This document shows positions 1-10,945 of a stretch of 64,000 bases of DNA, one piece after another. The notes under the pieces were generated by a model that saw only the letters and a program-made list of their open reading frames with translations, was not told the DNA's origin and ran no database searches. Where the stretch lies: contig CACDGO010000003.1 in NCBI GenBank assembly GCA_902552345.1, positions 56,221-120,220 of the forward strand, given 5' to 3'. Every line of letters begins with the position of its first letter. The stretch's first letter is position 1. Both the position numbers and the translations under genes were made by a program. The DNA comes from an uncultured Pelagibacteraceae bacterium. Its GTDB lineage: Bacteria; Pseudomonadota; Alphaproteobacteria; Pelagibacterales; Pelagibacteraceae.

Positions 1-2
1 AC

Positions 3-788
3 TCTTTAGCGTTAGCAGTAGAGGCGTCTAAAACCAAAGCTGATAAAATTATTATGTGTGGGGTACACTTTATGGCAGAAACAGCAAAATTAATGTGTCC
101 AGAAAAAAAAGTGTTCCTTCCTGACATGCAAGCAGGCTGTTCTTTATCTAATTCTATATCAGGCGAAGATGTAAAATTATTAAAACAAAAGTTTCCAGGC
201 GTTCCTGTTGTCTCTTATGTAAATACTTCTGCAGATGTTAAAGCAGAAACTGATGTTTGTTGTACTTCGGCTAACGCCGTAAAAGTAGTTGAGTCTTTAA
301 ATGTAGATAAAGTCATTTTTTTACCTGATCAATATTTGGCAGACTATGTAGCAAAAAATACTAAGGTCAAAATAATTTCTTGGAAAGGAACTTGTATAGT
401 GCATGAACAGTTCACAGGAAAAGAAATAGAAGAAATTAAATCAGAAAATCCTGGAATTAAAATAATAGCTCATCCCGAATGTCCGCCTGATGTAATTGCA
501 GCTTCTGATTTTGCTGGGTCAACGTCTGGAATGATTGATTATGTAAAAAATAAACAACCTAAAAAAGTTATGTTAGTTACGGAATGTTCAATGAGTGATA
601 ACGTAGAAGCTGATAATCCGAAAGTATCTTTTATCAAACCATGTAATTTATGTCCTTATATGAAAAAAATTAATTTAAAAAAAATATTAGATTGTTTAGA
701 AAATGAAACCAATGAGATTATTTTAGATAGTAAAACTATAAAGGCTGCGAGAAAATCTGTAATCAGAATGACCGAGATCGGTCGTTAG
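3..788 (+). CDS. nadA: Quinolinate synthase (5'-partial, begins before the window)
   Basis: Frame is open from base 3 (SLALAVEASKTKADKII-MCGVHFMAETAK); motifs GCSL, YVNTSA, CIVHE, HPEC, CPYMK. Confidence 0.96.
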   Translation, partial: SLALAVEASKTKADKIIMCGVHFMAETAKLMCPEKKVFLPDMQAGCSLSNSISGEDVKLLKQKFPGVPVVSYVNTSADVKAETDVCCTSANAVKVVESLNVDKVIFLPDQYLADYVAKNTKVKIISWKGTCIVHEQFTGKEIEEIKSENPGIKIIAHPECPPDVIAASDFAGSTSGMIDYVKNKQPKKVMLVTECSMSDNVEADNPKVSFIKPCNLCPYMKKINLKKILDCLENETNEIILDSKTIKAARKSVIRMTEIGR

Positions 789-792
789 ATCA

Positions 793-1623
793 GTGCAAAT
801 ATTAAATCAATTTTATATAAAATCAGTTGTAAAAAAAGCTCTAGAGGAAGACCTCAGACCTAGAGGTGATATCACTACAAATATCGTTAGTGCAAAAAAT
901 AAAATTATTGAAGCTAGAATAATAGCTAAACAAGATGGTGTAATAGCTGGTTTAGAGTTTTGTAAAACAGCGTTTAAATTAATTGGGAGAGAAACTATTT
1001 TTATAAAGAAAGTCTCTGATGGAAAAAAAATAAAAAAAAATAAAGTAATTGCTAATATAAAAGCTAAAACAAAAACAATTTTAACCGCTGAGAGAACTGC
1101 TTTAAACTTTCTTAATCATGCCTCAGGTATTGCAACAATCACTAATCAATTCGTGAAAAAAATTAGTAAAAAAACAAAGATTTGTTGTACAAGAAAAACT
1201 ACACCTAATTTGAGAACACTTGAAAAATATGCTGTCAAGAAAGGTGGTGGCTATAATCATAGATATAATTTAAGCGATGAAATTCTAATTAAAGACAATC
1301 ATATAAGTGCATCTAATAGTCTTAAGGAACTAGTTGAGAAAGCTATAAAAACAAAAAAAATTGTTACAGTTGAAGTTGAAAATGTAAATCAGCTAAAGCA
1401 AATTTTAGGCTTAAAATTTAAAAGAATACTTTTTGATAATATGAAATCTTCACAATTAAAATATTGTTTAAAACTTTGTAAAAATAAATATGAAACAGAG
1501 TATTCTGGAAATGCTACTTTAAATAATATTAAACAAATATCTAAAACGGGTGTAAATAGAATTTCAGTTGGTGCAATTACTCATAGTACCAGATCATTTG
1601 ATACTACTTTATTATTTAGATAA
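793..1623 (+). CDS. nadC: Nicotinate-nucleotide diphosphorylase (carboxylating)
   Basis: GDITT, ERTALN, TRKTTP, HRYNLSDEILIKDNH, EVE motifs; follows nadA. Confidence 0.96.
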   Translation: MQILNQFYIKSVVKKALEEDLRPRGDITTNIVSAKNKIIEARIIAKQDGVIAGLEFCKTAFKLIGRETIFIKKVSDGKKIKKNKVIANIKAKTKTILTAERTALNFLNHASGIATITNQFVKKISKKTKICCTRKTTPNLRTLEKYAVKKGGGYNHRYNLSDEILIKDNHISASNSLKELVEKAIKTKKIVTVEVENVNQLKQILGLKFKRILFDNMKSSQLKYCLKLCKNKYETEYSGNATLNNIKQISKTGVNRISVGAITHSTRSFDTTLLFR

Positions 1624-4272
1624 TTCTGCTTGTGCAGCTGCAAGTCTTGCAACAGGAACTCTAAATGGAGAACAGGAAACATAGTTAAGTCCTGTTCTAG
1701 AACAAAACTCAATACTCTTTGGATCACCACCGTGTTCACCGCAAATACCTAATTTAATATTTTTATTCGTCTTTCTTCCTCTCGAAGAAGCTATTTCTAC
1801 AAGCTCACCTACTCCATTTTGATCTATACTAACAAATGGATCTACATCAAAAATTTTATTATCAATATAATCGTTTAAAAATTTTCCTGAGTCGTCTCGA
1901 CTGATTCCAAAAGTAGTTTGTGTTAAATCATTAGTTCCAAAACTAAAGAAATCAGCATGTTTCGAGATAGACTTCGCTTGTAGAGCGGCACGTGGTAATT
2001 CAATCATAGTACCTACCATATATTCTAGTTTTAATTTATTTTCTTTTTCTATTTCTTTAGCAATTTTATTAACTAAAGTTCTTAAAATTTTTAATTCAGA
2101 TTCAGTAGATACTAAAGGTATCATTATTTCTACAAAAGCTGCTTTTACTTTTTGTTTTTTTAATTCGACTATAGCTTCAAATATTGCTCTACATTGCATC
2201 TCATAAATCTCTGGGAAAGAAATAGCGAGCCTACATCCTCTATGCCCAAGCATAGGATTTTCTTCATGAAGTTCTGCTATTCTATCCTTAACTTCTTTCG
2301 CTGATAAATTTAACGATCTTGCGACTTCCTCTATGTCTTTATCAGCTTTTGGTAGAAACTCATGAAGCGGTGGATCTAATAATCTTACTGTAACAGGTAA
2401 ACCTGACATGATTTTAAATATTTTTTTAAAGTCTTCTTTTTGATGAGGTAGAAGTTTATCTAGAGCACTATTTCTATCTTCTTGTGATTTGGATAAGATC
2501 ATTTGTCTAACGGATAGGATTCTTTCTTCATCAAAGAACATATGTTCTGTTCTACATAAACCAATCCCCTCAGCACCAAACTCTCTAGCTGTTTTACTGT
2601 CTGCTTCAGTTTCAGCATTCGTTCTTACTTTTAATTTTCTAAATTCATCCGACCATTTCATTATTGTGGAAAAGTACCCAGAAATTTCCGGTTGAACAGT
2701 AGGTACCAAACCTTTCATTACTTTTCCGCTTCCACCATCAATAGTAATAACATCTCCCTCTTTAATAATGACGTTCCCAGCTTTAAATTGTTTTAGCTCA
2801 TAATCGATTGTAATTTCACTTGAACCTGAAACACAAGGTCTTCCCATTCCTCTTGCAACAACGGCGGCATGACTTGTCATTCCTCCTCTTGCAGTCAGAA
2901 TTCCTTTGGCTGCATGCATTCCATGTATATCCTCTGGCGAAGTTTCTAATCTTACTAAAATAGTATCTTGCATCATCTCATTTAATTTTTCTGCTTCATC
3001 AGCTGTAAAAACAACTTTACCACTTGCAGCTCCTGGGGATGCAGGTAACCCTGAAGCGATAACCTCTTTTTTAACTTTATCATCCAAAGTTGGATGTAAT
3101 AACGTGTCTAAAGTATTTGCGTCAATTCTTTTAATTGCTTCTTTTTTTGAAATTAATTTTTCTTTAACCATATCTACTGCAATTTTAATTGCAGCTTTTG
3201 CAGTTCTTTTTCCAGATCTTGTTTGCAACATCCAGAGTTTATTGTTCTCAACTGTAAACTCGATATCTTGCATATCTTTATAATGCTTTTCAAGTTTAAG
3301 AAATATATTTGTAAGTTCTTTATAAACTTTAGGCATCGCCTCTTCCATTGACGGATCTTTTGAACCTGAGTCCTGTTTTGCTTTTTTAGTGATGTATTGA
3401 GGAGTTCTAGTACCCGCTACAACATCTTCACCTTGTGCGTTGATTAAAAATTCTCCAAAAAAAGAATTTTCTCCTGTTGAAGGATTTCTAGTAAAGGCAA
3501 CACCTGTTGAACAATCATTGCCCATGTTTCCAAAAACCATAGCTTGAACATTTACAGCTGTTCCCCAATGATCAGGTATTTGATTTAGTTTTCTGTAAGT
3601 TTTTGCTCTTTGGCTATCCCAAGACAAAAATACAGCATTAATTGCTCCGAATAATTGCTCCTTAACATCTTGAGGAAATATAATTTTTTTTTCTTTTTTT
3701 ACTAAATCTTTAAAATTAACAATTAATCCATCCCAATCACTTTCGTCTAGGTCTGTGTCTAACAAAACTCCTTTGGTTAGCTTGTAATTATCAATAAGCT
3801 CTTCAAATAGATGTCCCTCTACCCCCAAAACTACACTGCTGTACATCTGAATAAATCTTCTATAGCTGTCTTTAGCAAATCTTCCATTTGATGTTTTCTT
3901 TTTTAAGGCCTCTACTGTTTTATCATTAAGACCTAGATTTAAAATTGTATCCATCATTCCAGGCATTGAAATTCTAGCGCCTGATCTAACTGATACTAAT
4001 AAAGGGTTTTTAAGATCACCAAACTTCTTTTTTGTCTTCTTTTCAATGATTTTCAGCTCCAACACAATATTTTGAATTACTTTATTAGGTAATTTTTTTT
4101 TATTTTTATAAAAAAGATCGCAAACATCTGTTGTGATAGTAAATCCAGGAGGGACAGGTAAACCTAACCTACCCATTTCACCAAGGTTTGCTCCTTTTCC
4201 GCCCAAAATGTTTTTTTTATTTGTTAATTTTTTTGCAGTTTTATCATCAAAACTATATATTTTTTTTATCAT
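1612..4272 (-). CDS. ppdK: Pyruvate, phosphate dikinase
   Basis: LGGKGANL, GGMTSHAAVVARG phospho-His, GIGLCRTEHMF, SFGTNDLTQ, CGEHGGDP; 886 aa. Confidence 0.98.
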   Translation of the reverse strand: MIKKIYSFDDKTAKKLTNKKNILGGKGANLGEMGRLGLPVPPGFTITTDVCDLFYKNKKKLPNKVIQNIVLELKIIEKKTKKKFGDLKNPLLVSVRSGARISMPGMMDTILNLGLNDKTVEALKKKTSNGRFAKDSYRRFIQMYSSVVLGVEGHLFEELIDNYKLTKGVLLDTDLDESDWDGLIVNFKDLVKKEKKIIFPQDVKEQLFGAINAVFLSWDSQRAKTYRKLNQIPDHWGTAVNVQAMVFGNMGNDCSTGVAFTRNPSTGENSFFGEFLINAQGEDVVAGTRTPQYITKKAKQDSGSKDPSMEEAMPKVYKELTNIFLKLEKHYKDMQDIEFTVENNKLWMLQTRSGKRTAKAAIKIAVDMVKEKLISKKEAIKRIDANTLDTLLHPTLDDKVKKEVIASGLPASPGAASGKVVFTADEAEKLNEMMQDTILVRLETSPEDIHGMHAAKGILTARGGMTSHAAVVARGMGRPCVSGSSEITIDYELKQFKAGNVIIKEGDVITIDGGSGKVMKGLVPTVQPEISGYFSTIMKWSDEFRKLKVRTNAETEADSKTAREFGAEGIGLCRTEHMFFDEERILSVRQMILSKSQEDRNSALDKLLPHQKEDFKKIFKIMSGLPVTVRLLDPPLHEFLPKADKDIEEVARSLNLSAKEVKDRIAELHEENPMLGHRGCRLAISFPEIYEMQCRAIFEAIVELKKQKVKAAFVEIMIPLVSTESELKILRTLVNKIAKEIEKENKLKLEYMVGTMIELPRAALQAKSISKHADFFSFGTNDLTQTTFGISRDDSGKFLNDYIDNKIFDVDPFVSIDQNGVGELVEIASSRGRKTNKNIKLGICGEHGGDPKSIEFCSRTGLNYVSCSPFRVPVARLAAAQAELSK

Positions 4273-6326
4273 TAAAGACCCTCTAATTTTGAAAAATCGA
4301 TAAAGCTATCAAAAGTATTACAAAACATTTTTAATAACTCTAATCGATTATTTTTTATATCTTGATTTTCATCATTTACTACGACATTGTCAAAAAAATT
4401 ATCTGTAGACTCTTTAGTATCAGAAAGCTTTATCAACAAGGTTTCATAGTCTTTATTATCATCTTTAACTGTGAAAGCTTTTCTAATCTCATTAATTTTT
4501 TCAAATAGTATTTTTTCTTCATCTTTTCTAAATAATACAGCATCAGGTCTACCAGTGATTCTCTTTTCAGCTTTATCCAAAATACTTGAGGCTCTTTTAT
4601 ACGAACTGATTGTATTTAGTCCTATTTCTTTATTCTTATATTTATTAATCAAAATTGTTTTTGCGTAAAGATCTAAAAAATTATCTCCAGAATGAGAACT
4701 TATTGAAGCTTCAATAATATCAGATTTGATATTTTTCAATTTTAATACATTTCGCATTCTCTCCTTAATAAATTCTAGAACTTGTTGTTCTGTTTTCTCA
4801 TTTTTAATTTGAACACCCTGTTCTTGATAAAGCCTTATAGCGTAACTAATTAAATCTCTTAGTTTAAATGATAATTTATTTTCAATAATGATTCTAAGCA
4901 GTCCAATTGCAGCTCTTCTTAAAGCAAAAGGATCTTTTGAACTTGTAGGTTTTTCATCGATAACAAAAAAACCAACTAATGTGTCTATCTTATCTACAAT
5001 TGAAATTGAATAACTAAATGGTTTTTTAGGTAACATCGAAAAAAGACCTGTTGGTAAATAATGATCGCTTACTGAATTAGCTACATCTTCCTCAAAACCT
5101 TGAGCTAATGCAAAATATTTTCCCATCACTCCTTGAAGCTCTGGGTATTCTCCAACTAAATCTGAACACAAATCAGATTTAGAAATTGAGGCTGCAACTT
5201 GAACTTTTTCTTTGTTGATATTCAAATCATCTGATAATAGACCAGCTAAATGTCTAAGTCTTTGTGTTTTGTCATAAATAGTTCCCAGCTTTTCATAGAA
5301 AGTTACTAATTTGAGGTTGGCTATTTGTTTAATCAAATTTTTAGATCTGTCTTTATCCCAAAAGAATTTGGCATCTGCTAGTCTTGCTTCAACAACTCTT
5401 TTATTCCCTTGGCTAATTAATTTTTTTTCATCTTTTTTATTTGCTGCAACAAAAAAATAATTTGTTAATCTATCTCTACTATCAAAAATTGGAAAATATC
5501 TTTGATGTTTCTCTAAAGTAGAAATTACAATTTCTTTCGGTATTTCCAAATAATCTTTATTGAAGCTTACATGAAGTAAATTTGGATCCTCTACAATATT
5601 AACAACTTCTTCTAAGAGCCTTGGATTTAACTTCTCTTTATATTGTTTAGTTTGAGAAAATGAACTGATCTTTTTGAGAATGATCTCTTCTCTTTCTTTG
5701 TGATTAACAATTATGTTATTACTTTTTAAAAAATTTAAGTAATCTTTGAAATCTTTTATTTTTTTAGTTTTTGTAACTAAATCTTGTTCTACAATAATCT
5801 CATCTGTTGATTCAAGATGCTCATAATTAAATTGTAATTTTTTATTGTTATAACTTGCAAAAACTGACCTGAGGGGCCTTCCCCACATTAAATTATGATC
5901 TGACCATTTCATTGATTTTTTCCAACTGATAGACCCAATGACCTTTGGAATAAGTTTAATTAATAAGTCTTCGACTAAGATTGATTTGGATTGTGTTTTG
6001 ATAAAATAAAATTTACCTTTATCAGTATCTTTTTCAATTAAATCTTTTACAGAGACATTTTTAGCTCGAATAAAACCTTGTATAACTTGATCAGGAGATC
6101 CTACCTTGGGTCCTTTAATTTCTTTACTGTCTATTTCAATTTTTTCAGACAAATCTTTTATAAATAGCGTTAATCTGGTTGGAGAAGAATAAACTGATAA
6201 TTCTTTGTACTTTATATTTTCTTCTTTAAAAGTGTTTTCAGTAAATTGTTCTAGTTGAGTTCTTGCTGATATTTGTAATTGTGGTGGAATTTCTTCACTA
6301 TATAATTCCAATAAAAGTTCTGTCAT
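4272..6326 (-). CDS. glyS: Glycine-tRNA ligase beta subunit
   Basis: LLELYSEEIP, ARLADAKFF, EYPELQGVMG, SKDPFALRRAA, NRLELL. Confidence 0.97.
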   Translation of the reverse strand: MTELLLELYSEEIPPQLQISARTQLEQFTENTFKEENIKYKELSVYSSPTRLTLFIKDLSEKIEIDSKEIKGPKVGSPDQVIQGFIRAKNVSVKDLIEKDTDKGKFYFIKTQSKSILVEDLLIKLIPKVIGSISWKKSMKWSDHNLMWGRPLRSVFASYNNKKLQFNYEHLESTDEIIVEQDLVTKTKKIKDFKDYLNFLKSNNIIVNHKEREEIILKKISSFSQTKQYKEKLNPRLLEEVVNIVEDPNLLHVSFNKDYLEIPKEIVISTLEKHQRYFPIFDSRDRLTNYFFVAANKKDEKKLISQGNKRVVEARLADAKFFWDKDRSKNLIKQIANLKLVTFYEKLGTIYDKTQRLRHLAGLLSDDLNINKEKVQVAASISKSDLCSDLVGEYPELQGVMGKYFALAQGFEEDVANSVSDHYLPTGLFSMLPKKPFSYSISIVDKIDTLVGFFVIDEKPTSSKDPFALRRAAIGLLRIIIENKLSFKLRDLISYAIRLYQEQGVQIKNEKTEQQVLEFIKERMRNVLKLKNIKSDIIEASISSHSGDNFLDLYAKTILINKYKNKEIGLNTISSYKRASSILDKAEKRITGRPDAVLFRKDEEKILFEKINEIRKAFTVKDDNKDYETLLIKLSDTKESTDNFFDNVVVNDENQDIKNNRLELLKMFCNTFDSFIDFSKLEGL

Positions 6327-6329
6327 AAT

Positions 6330-7226
6330 TTAACTTTGTAAACTTAACCACAATGCGCCGCAACTTTTCGCGAGTTCTCTAATTCTATTTATATAACCAG
6401 TCCTCTCTGCAACACCAATTACACCACGAGCATCTAATAGATTAAAAATGTGGCTTGCTTTTAAACATTGATCATAAGCTGGTAACGAGAGTCTTTTTTC
6501 AAGTAAAGATTTGCACTCGTTTTCAGTATATTCAAAATTTTTAAACAAAGCACCTGTATTTGCAAATTCAAAATTGTAAGCGGAAAATTCTTTTTCAGCT
6601 TGAAAGAAAATTTCTTTATATTTTATTCCATCATTGTTCCAATCAAGATCGAAGACATTACTTTTTCCTTGCACAAACATACATAACCTTTCTAGCCCGT
6701 ATGTAATTTCTACAGGAACTGGTTTACATTCAATGCCTGTCATTTGTTGGAAATAAGTAAATTGAGTTATTTCCATTCCATCACACCAAATTTCCCATCC
6801 TAAACCTGCAGCTCCCAAAGTAGGACTTTCCCAATCATCCTCGACAAAGCGAATATCATGATTTTTTACATCAATACCTATAGTCGCTAAACTTTTTAAA
6901 TAAAGTTGTTTTATATTTTTAGGTGAGGGCTTAATTATAACTTGGAATTGATAATAATGTTGAAGTCGATTTGGATTTTCACCGTACCTTCCATCTGTTG
7001 GTCTCCTTGATGGCTGGACATATGCAGCTTTCCATGGTTTGGGTCCTAGCGATCTTAAAGTAGTAGCTGGATGAAAGGTTCCTGCTCCAACTTCTATATC
7101 ATAAGGTTGTAAAATTACACACTCGTTTTTACCCCAGAATTTTTGTAGATTCATTATAATGTCTTGAAAAGACAAGAAATTTAATTTTTTTGATATTTTT
7201 GTTTTAGCTTTTTTTTTAGCTGGCAT
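6330..7226 (-). CDS. glyQ: Glycine-tRNA ligase alpha subunit
   Basis: [37 protein letters not shown]. Confidence 0.98.
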   Translation of the reverse strand: MPAKKKAKTKISKKLNFLSFQDIIMNLQKFWGKNECVILQPYDIEVGAGTFHPATTLRSLGPKPWKAAYVQPSRRPTDGRYGENPNRLQHYYQFQVIIKPSPKNIKQLYLKSLATIGIDVKNHDIRFVEDDWESPTLGAAGLGWEIWCDGMEITQFTYFQQMTGIECKPVPVEITYGLERLCMFVQGKSNVFDLDWNNDGIKYKEIFFQAEKEFSAYNFEFANTGALFKNFEYTENECKSLLEKRLSLPAYDQCLKASHIFNLLDARGVIGVAERTGYINRIRELAKSCGALWLSLQS

Positions 7227-8039
7227 TTACAAACCAAATCTTTGCCACATTGATTTTTCTTCAATTATATTAACAAGTTTTTCGACAGGATCTTGAGTAG
7301 ATGAAGAGAGTTTTCTAGCAATAAATCCTTTTGGTTTTTCAAAAGTTTTTATATTTACTTTATCGCCAAATTTCTCTTTTAAAATTTGATCAGCGTTACC
7401 TAAGCCATCAATTAAACCAAGCCTAAGTGAGGTCTTTCCAGTCCAAAATTCACCTGTAAAAATATTATTTTTTTCTGGGTCTTTCAGTTTTGATCCTCTA
7501 CTATTTTCAACAACTTTTATAAAATCTTCATGAAGTTCTAATTGAATATTCTTCAATCTTTTTATGTCTTCCTCTTTTTCCTCTTTAAAAGGATCTAAAG
7601 TACTTTTATTTTTTCCTGCAGTATAAACTCTTCTTTCTACTCCTATTTTTTGAATTAGTTCTTTGAATCCAAATGATGCTGAGATGACTCCGATCGAACC
7701 GATAATTGAGCTTGAGTTAGCGTATATTTCATCACCTGCACAAGCAATAAAATACCCTCCTGATGCAGCAACATCTTCAGCGAACACAATGACTTTTACT
7801 TTATTCTTTTCTGCTAATTGTCTTATATAACTATAAATTAAGTGTGATTGAACTGGTGAACCCCCAGGTGAATTTATTGAAATAGCCACATGTGTAATAT
7901 TTTTAACAGAGAAAGCTTTCTTTAAAATATCCCTTTGATTTGCTAATTCCATACCTTGTTTAAACTTGCCACCTGAGCCGATTATTCCGGTTAGTCTAAC
8001 ATGTGGAACTATTTTTTTTTTCTTAAAAATTGAAAACAT
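7227..8039 (-). CDS. S49 family peptidase (SppA/SohB-like)
   Basis: INSPGGSPVQS, DVAASGGY, GSIGVI; usual alphaproteobacterial position upstream of glyQ. Confidence 0.92.
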   Translation of the reverse strand: MFSIFKKKKIVPHVRLTGIIGSGGKFKQGMELANQRDILKKAFSVKNITHVAISINSPGGSPVQSHLIYSYIRQLAEKNKVKVIVFAEDVAASGGYFIACAGDEIYANSSSIIGSIGVISASFGFKELIQKIGVERRVYTAGKNKSTLDPFKEEKEEDIKRLKNIQLELHEDFIKVVENSRGSKLKDPEKNNIFTGEFWTGKTSLRLGLIDGLGNADQILKEKFGDKVNIKTFEKPKGFIARKLSSSTQDPVEKLVNIIEEKSMWQRFGL

Positions 8040-8185
8040 ATTTTTTGATGGTTATTTTTATTCTTATAGCAGTAAAAATTTAAATTTTAATTAATAATTT
8101 CGCTACTTATAGTTGAATTATAGGTGCGTCACCAGGTGTTGATTTAAAAATTTATTATTACTTAAAAACAAATATAAATAATGAA

Positions 8186-9199
8186 ATGGGCTTAGTGATA
8201 CCTCTTAAAAAAACAGCAAATTCAGCATACCTAGAGCTTAAAGGTCTTTTAGGAGCGAAGCTAAATAAAGTTGAAGAGCTGATTCAACTTAGATTGAAAA
8301 GTGATGTAAATTTAATTGAAAAAATGAGCAGCCACCATCTAAGTTCTGGTGGAAAAAGATTAAGAGCGTTATTAACTTTAGGCTCTGCAAAACTGACTGG
8401 TTTTAAACAAGATGTAAGGGACATAAATCTTGCTGCCTGTGTTGAATTAATTCATTCAGCAACTTTATTACATGATGACGTGATAGATGAAAGTGATTTA
8501 AGGAGAGGCGTAAAAACTACAAATTATATATGGGGCAATCAATCATCAATTTTAGTTGGTGATTACTTACTAAGCAGATGTTTTGAAATGATGGTAGAGG
8601 ACGGTGATTTAGAAATTCTAAAACTTTTATCTTCAACTTCGGCAAAAATAGCTCAAGGAGAAGTTTTACAACTCCAACATAAAGGAGAAGCTGATCTTCT
8701 AGAGGAAACTTATATTGATATAATAAATTTAAAAACTGCATCGCTTTTTGCAGCAGCAACGAAAACTGGTGCTTGTTTGTCTCGAAGCAGTGAAAAAGAG
8801 AAAAAAGCATTGGAATCTTATGGAAGAAATTTAGGTTTAGCTTTTCAGATAGCTGATGACGCTTTAGATTATTATGCTAAAGAAAAATTATTTGGTAAAG
8901 AAATAGGTAAGGATTTTTTTGAGGGGAAGGTGACGTTACCACTTATAACAATCTTCCAAAAAAGTAATAATGTAGAAAAAAAATTCTTGTCTGAAGTAAT
9001 GAAAAAAAATAAAAGAACTGATGAAGATTTCAATAAAACATTAGCTTTAATAAATAAATATAATGCAGTTGAGGCAACATTCAAAAAAGCAGAATATTTC
9101 GTAAATGTTTCTTTTGATGCTTTAGCTAATTTTTCAGACTCAGAAGATAAAAAAATTTTACAAAACCTAACAAGCTTTAGTTTAAATAGATCTTATTAG
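8186..9199 (+). CDS. ispB: Long-chain polyprenyl diphosphate synthase
   Basis: GGKRLR, LLHDDVID...RRG, FQIADD, GKDFFEGKVTLP. Confidence 0.92.
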   Translation: MGLVIPLKKTANSAYLELKGLLGAKLNKVEELIQLRLKSDVNLIEKMSSHHLSSGGKRLRALLTLGSAKLTGFKQDVRDINLAACVELIHSATLLHDDVIDESDLRRGVKTTNYIWGNQSSILVGDYLLSRCFEMMVEDGDLEILKLLSSTSAKIAQGEVLQLQHKGEADLLEETYIDIINLKTASLFAAATKTGACLSRSSEKEKKALESYGRNLGLAFQIADDALDYYAKEKLFGKEIGKDFFEGKVTLPLITIFQKSNNVEKKFLSEVMKKNKRTDEDFNKTLALINKYNAVEATFKKAEYFVNVSFDALANFSDSEDKKILQNLTSFSLNRSY

Positions 9200-9828
9200 G
9201 GATATAGAAGTTCTTTATCCCACTTGCCATTATTTTTTTTATAATTTAATCTCTCGTGTATTCTACCTTCTCCATCAAGCCAAAATTCTATTTCTTCAGG
9301 TAGTAATCTCCAACCAGACCAATGTGGTGGTCGTGGAACATTATCTGTATTAGGGTATTTTTTTTCAAATTCATTAATTTTTTTTAAAAATGTATCTCTT
9401 TTATCTAAAATTCGAGATTGGGATGAAGCCCATGCACTTATTCTATTTTTATATGGTCTTGAATTGAAATAGTCATCAGCTTCTTTCGAAGTTACTTCCT
9501 CTACTTTTCCAATTGCTCTAACTTGACGTCTTAAACTTTTCCAATGAAAGCACATAGAGGCTTTTTGATTTTCTCTAAGTTCTCCCCCTTTTTTGCTATT
9601 AAAATTTGTGTAAAAAACAAATCCTTTATTGCTCAGTCCCTTAAGTAAAACCATCCTCACATTAGGTTGATTTTGTTTGCTAGAAGTAGCCACTGCTACA
9701 GCATTAGGGTCATTTATCTCTTGTTCTTCTGCTTTTGAAAACCATTTTTTAAACAATTCAATTGGGTTATCCAGATCGTCGAAACAAATGTCCAATCCTA
9801 ATGAATTTTTGCCATTTTTTTGATTCAT
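9196..9828 (-). CDS. pdxH: Pyridoxamine 5'-phosphate oxidase
   Basis: RMVLLKG, FYTNFNSKKG, PRPPHWSG, EFW...RIHER. Confidence 0.96.
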   Translation of the reverse strand: MNQKNGKNSLGLDICFDDLDNPIELFKKWFSKAEEQEINDPNAVAVATSSKQNQPNVRMVLLKGLSNKGFVFYTNFNSKKGGELRENQKASMCFHWKSLRRQVRAIGKVEEVTSKEADDYFNSRPYKNRISAWASSQSRILDKRDTFLKKINEFEKKYPNTDNVPRPPHWSGWRLLPEEIEFWLDGEGRIHERLNYKKNNGKWDKELLYP

Positions 9829-9862
9829 ATATTCTTTAAAATAATTTATACATTAAATATCT

Positions 9863-10945
9863 ATGTCTTTTAATACTTTTGGAAAAATATTTAGATTCAC
9901 TACTTGGGGCGAGTCTCACGGTCCTGCTATAGGTTGTGTAATCGATGGATGTCCGCCAAATATACCATTATCTGAGGCTAATATTCAGAAAGATATGGAT
10001 AGAAGAAGGCCTGGTCAATCTAAGTTTACAACTCAAAGGAAAGAGTCTGATAAGGTGACGATACTGTCAGGAGTGTTTCAGGGAAAAACAACTGGTACAC
10101 CAATTTCAATAATTATTTATAATGAAGATAAAAGATCTAGAGATTATGAGACAATAAAGAACAAATTTAGACCCGGTCATGCAGATTATACTTATTTTAA
10201 AAAATATGGGATCAGAGATTTTAGAGGTGGAGGAAGACAATCAGCAAGAGAGACGGCTTCCAGAGTAGCTGCAGGAGCAGTAGCTAGAACTGTTTTACAA
10301 TATACTCTTGGTTCAAAATTTAATGTTATAGGCGCTGTAACTCAATTAGGGTTGATGTCATGTGATAAAGGTAATTGGAACAACAAAGAAATTCGTAAGA
10401 ACCCTTTTTTCTGCCCAGACAAAAAATCTGTAAAGCTTTGGGAAAAATATCTTTTGGCAGTAAGAAAAGCAGGATCATCATGTGGTGCTATCATTGAATT
10501 GCGAGCTTCCGGAATTCCAGTAGGTTTGGGAGCTCCGATCTACTCAAAATTAGATACAGACATTGCAGCCGCATTGATGAGTATAAACGCCGTCAAAGGT
10601 GTAAATATTGGAGCAGGAATGAATGCAGCTTTTTTAAGTGGAGAAGAAAACTCCGATGAAATGACTAAAGGTTCGGGCAAAGTAAAATTCAAATCAAACC
10701 AAGCAGGTGGGATATTAGGTGGAATCTCTTCTGGTCAAGATATAATAGCATCATTTGCAGTTAAGCCTACCTCTTCGATTTTAACAAGTCGTAACACAAT
10801 TGATAAAAAAGGAAAGAATACTAAAATTTCAGTAAAAGGCAGACATGATCCTTGTGTTGGTATAAGAGCAGTTCCTATTGGTGAAGCAATGGTCAATTGT
10901 GTTATTCTTGATCACCTTCTATTAAATAGAGCACAGTGCGGTTAA
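9863..10945 (+). CDS. aroC: Chorismate synthase
   Basis: WGESHG, RPGHAD, SARETA, GRHDPC. Confidence 0.98.
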   Translation: MSFNTFGKIFRFTTWGESHGPAIGCVIDGCPPNIPLSEANIQKDMDRRRPGQSKFTTQRKESDKVTILSGVFQGKTTGTPISIIIYNEDKRSRDYETIKNKFRPGHADYTYFKKYGIRDFRGGGRQSARETASRVAAGAVARTVLQYTLGSKFNVIGAVTQLGLMSCDKGNWNNKEIRKNPFFCPDKKSVKLWEKYLLAVRKAGSSCGAIIELRASGIPVGLGAPIYSKLDTDIAAALMSINAVKGVNIGAGMNAAFLSGEENSDEMTKGSGKVKFKSNQAGGILGGISSGQDIIASFAVKPTSSILTSRNTIDKKGKNTKISVKGRHDPCVGIRAVPIGEAMVNCVILDHLLLNRAQCG

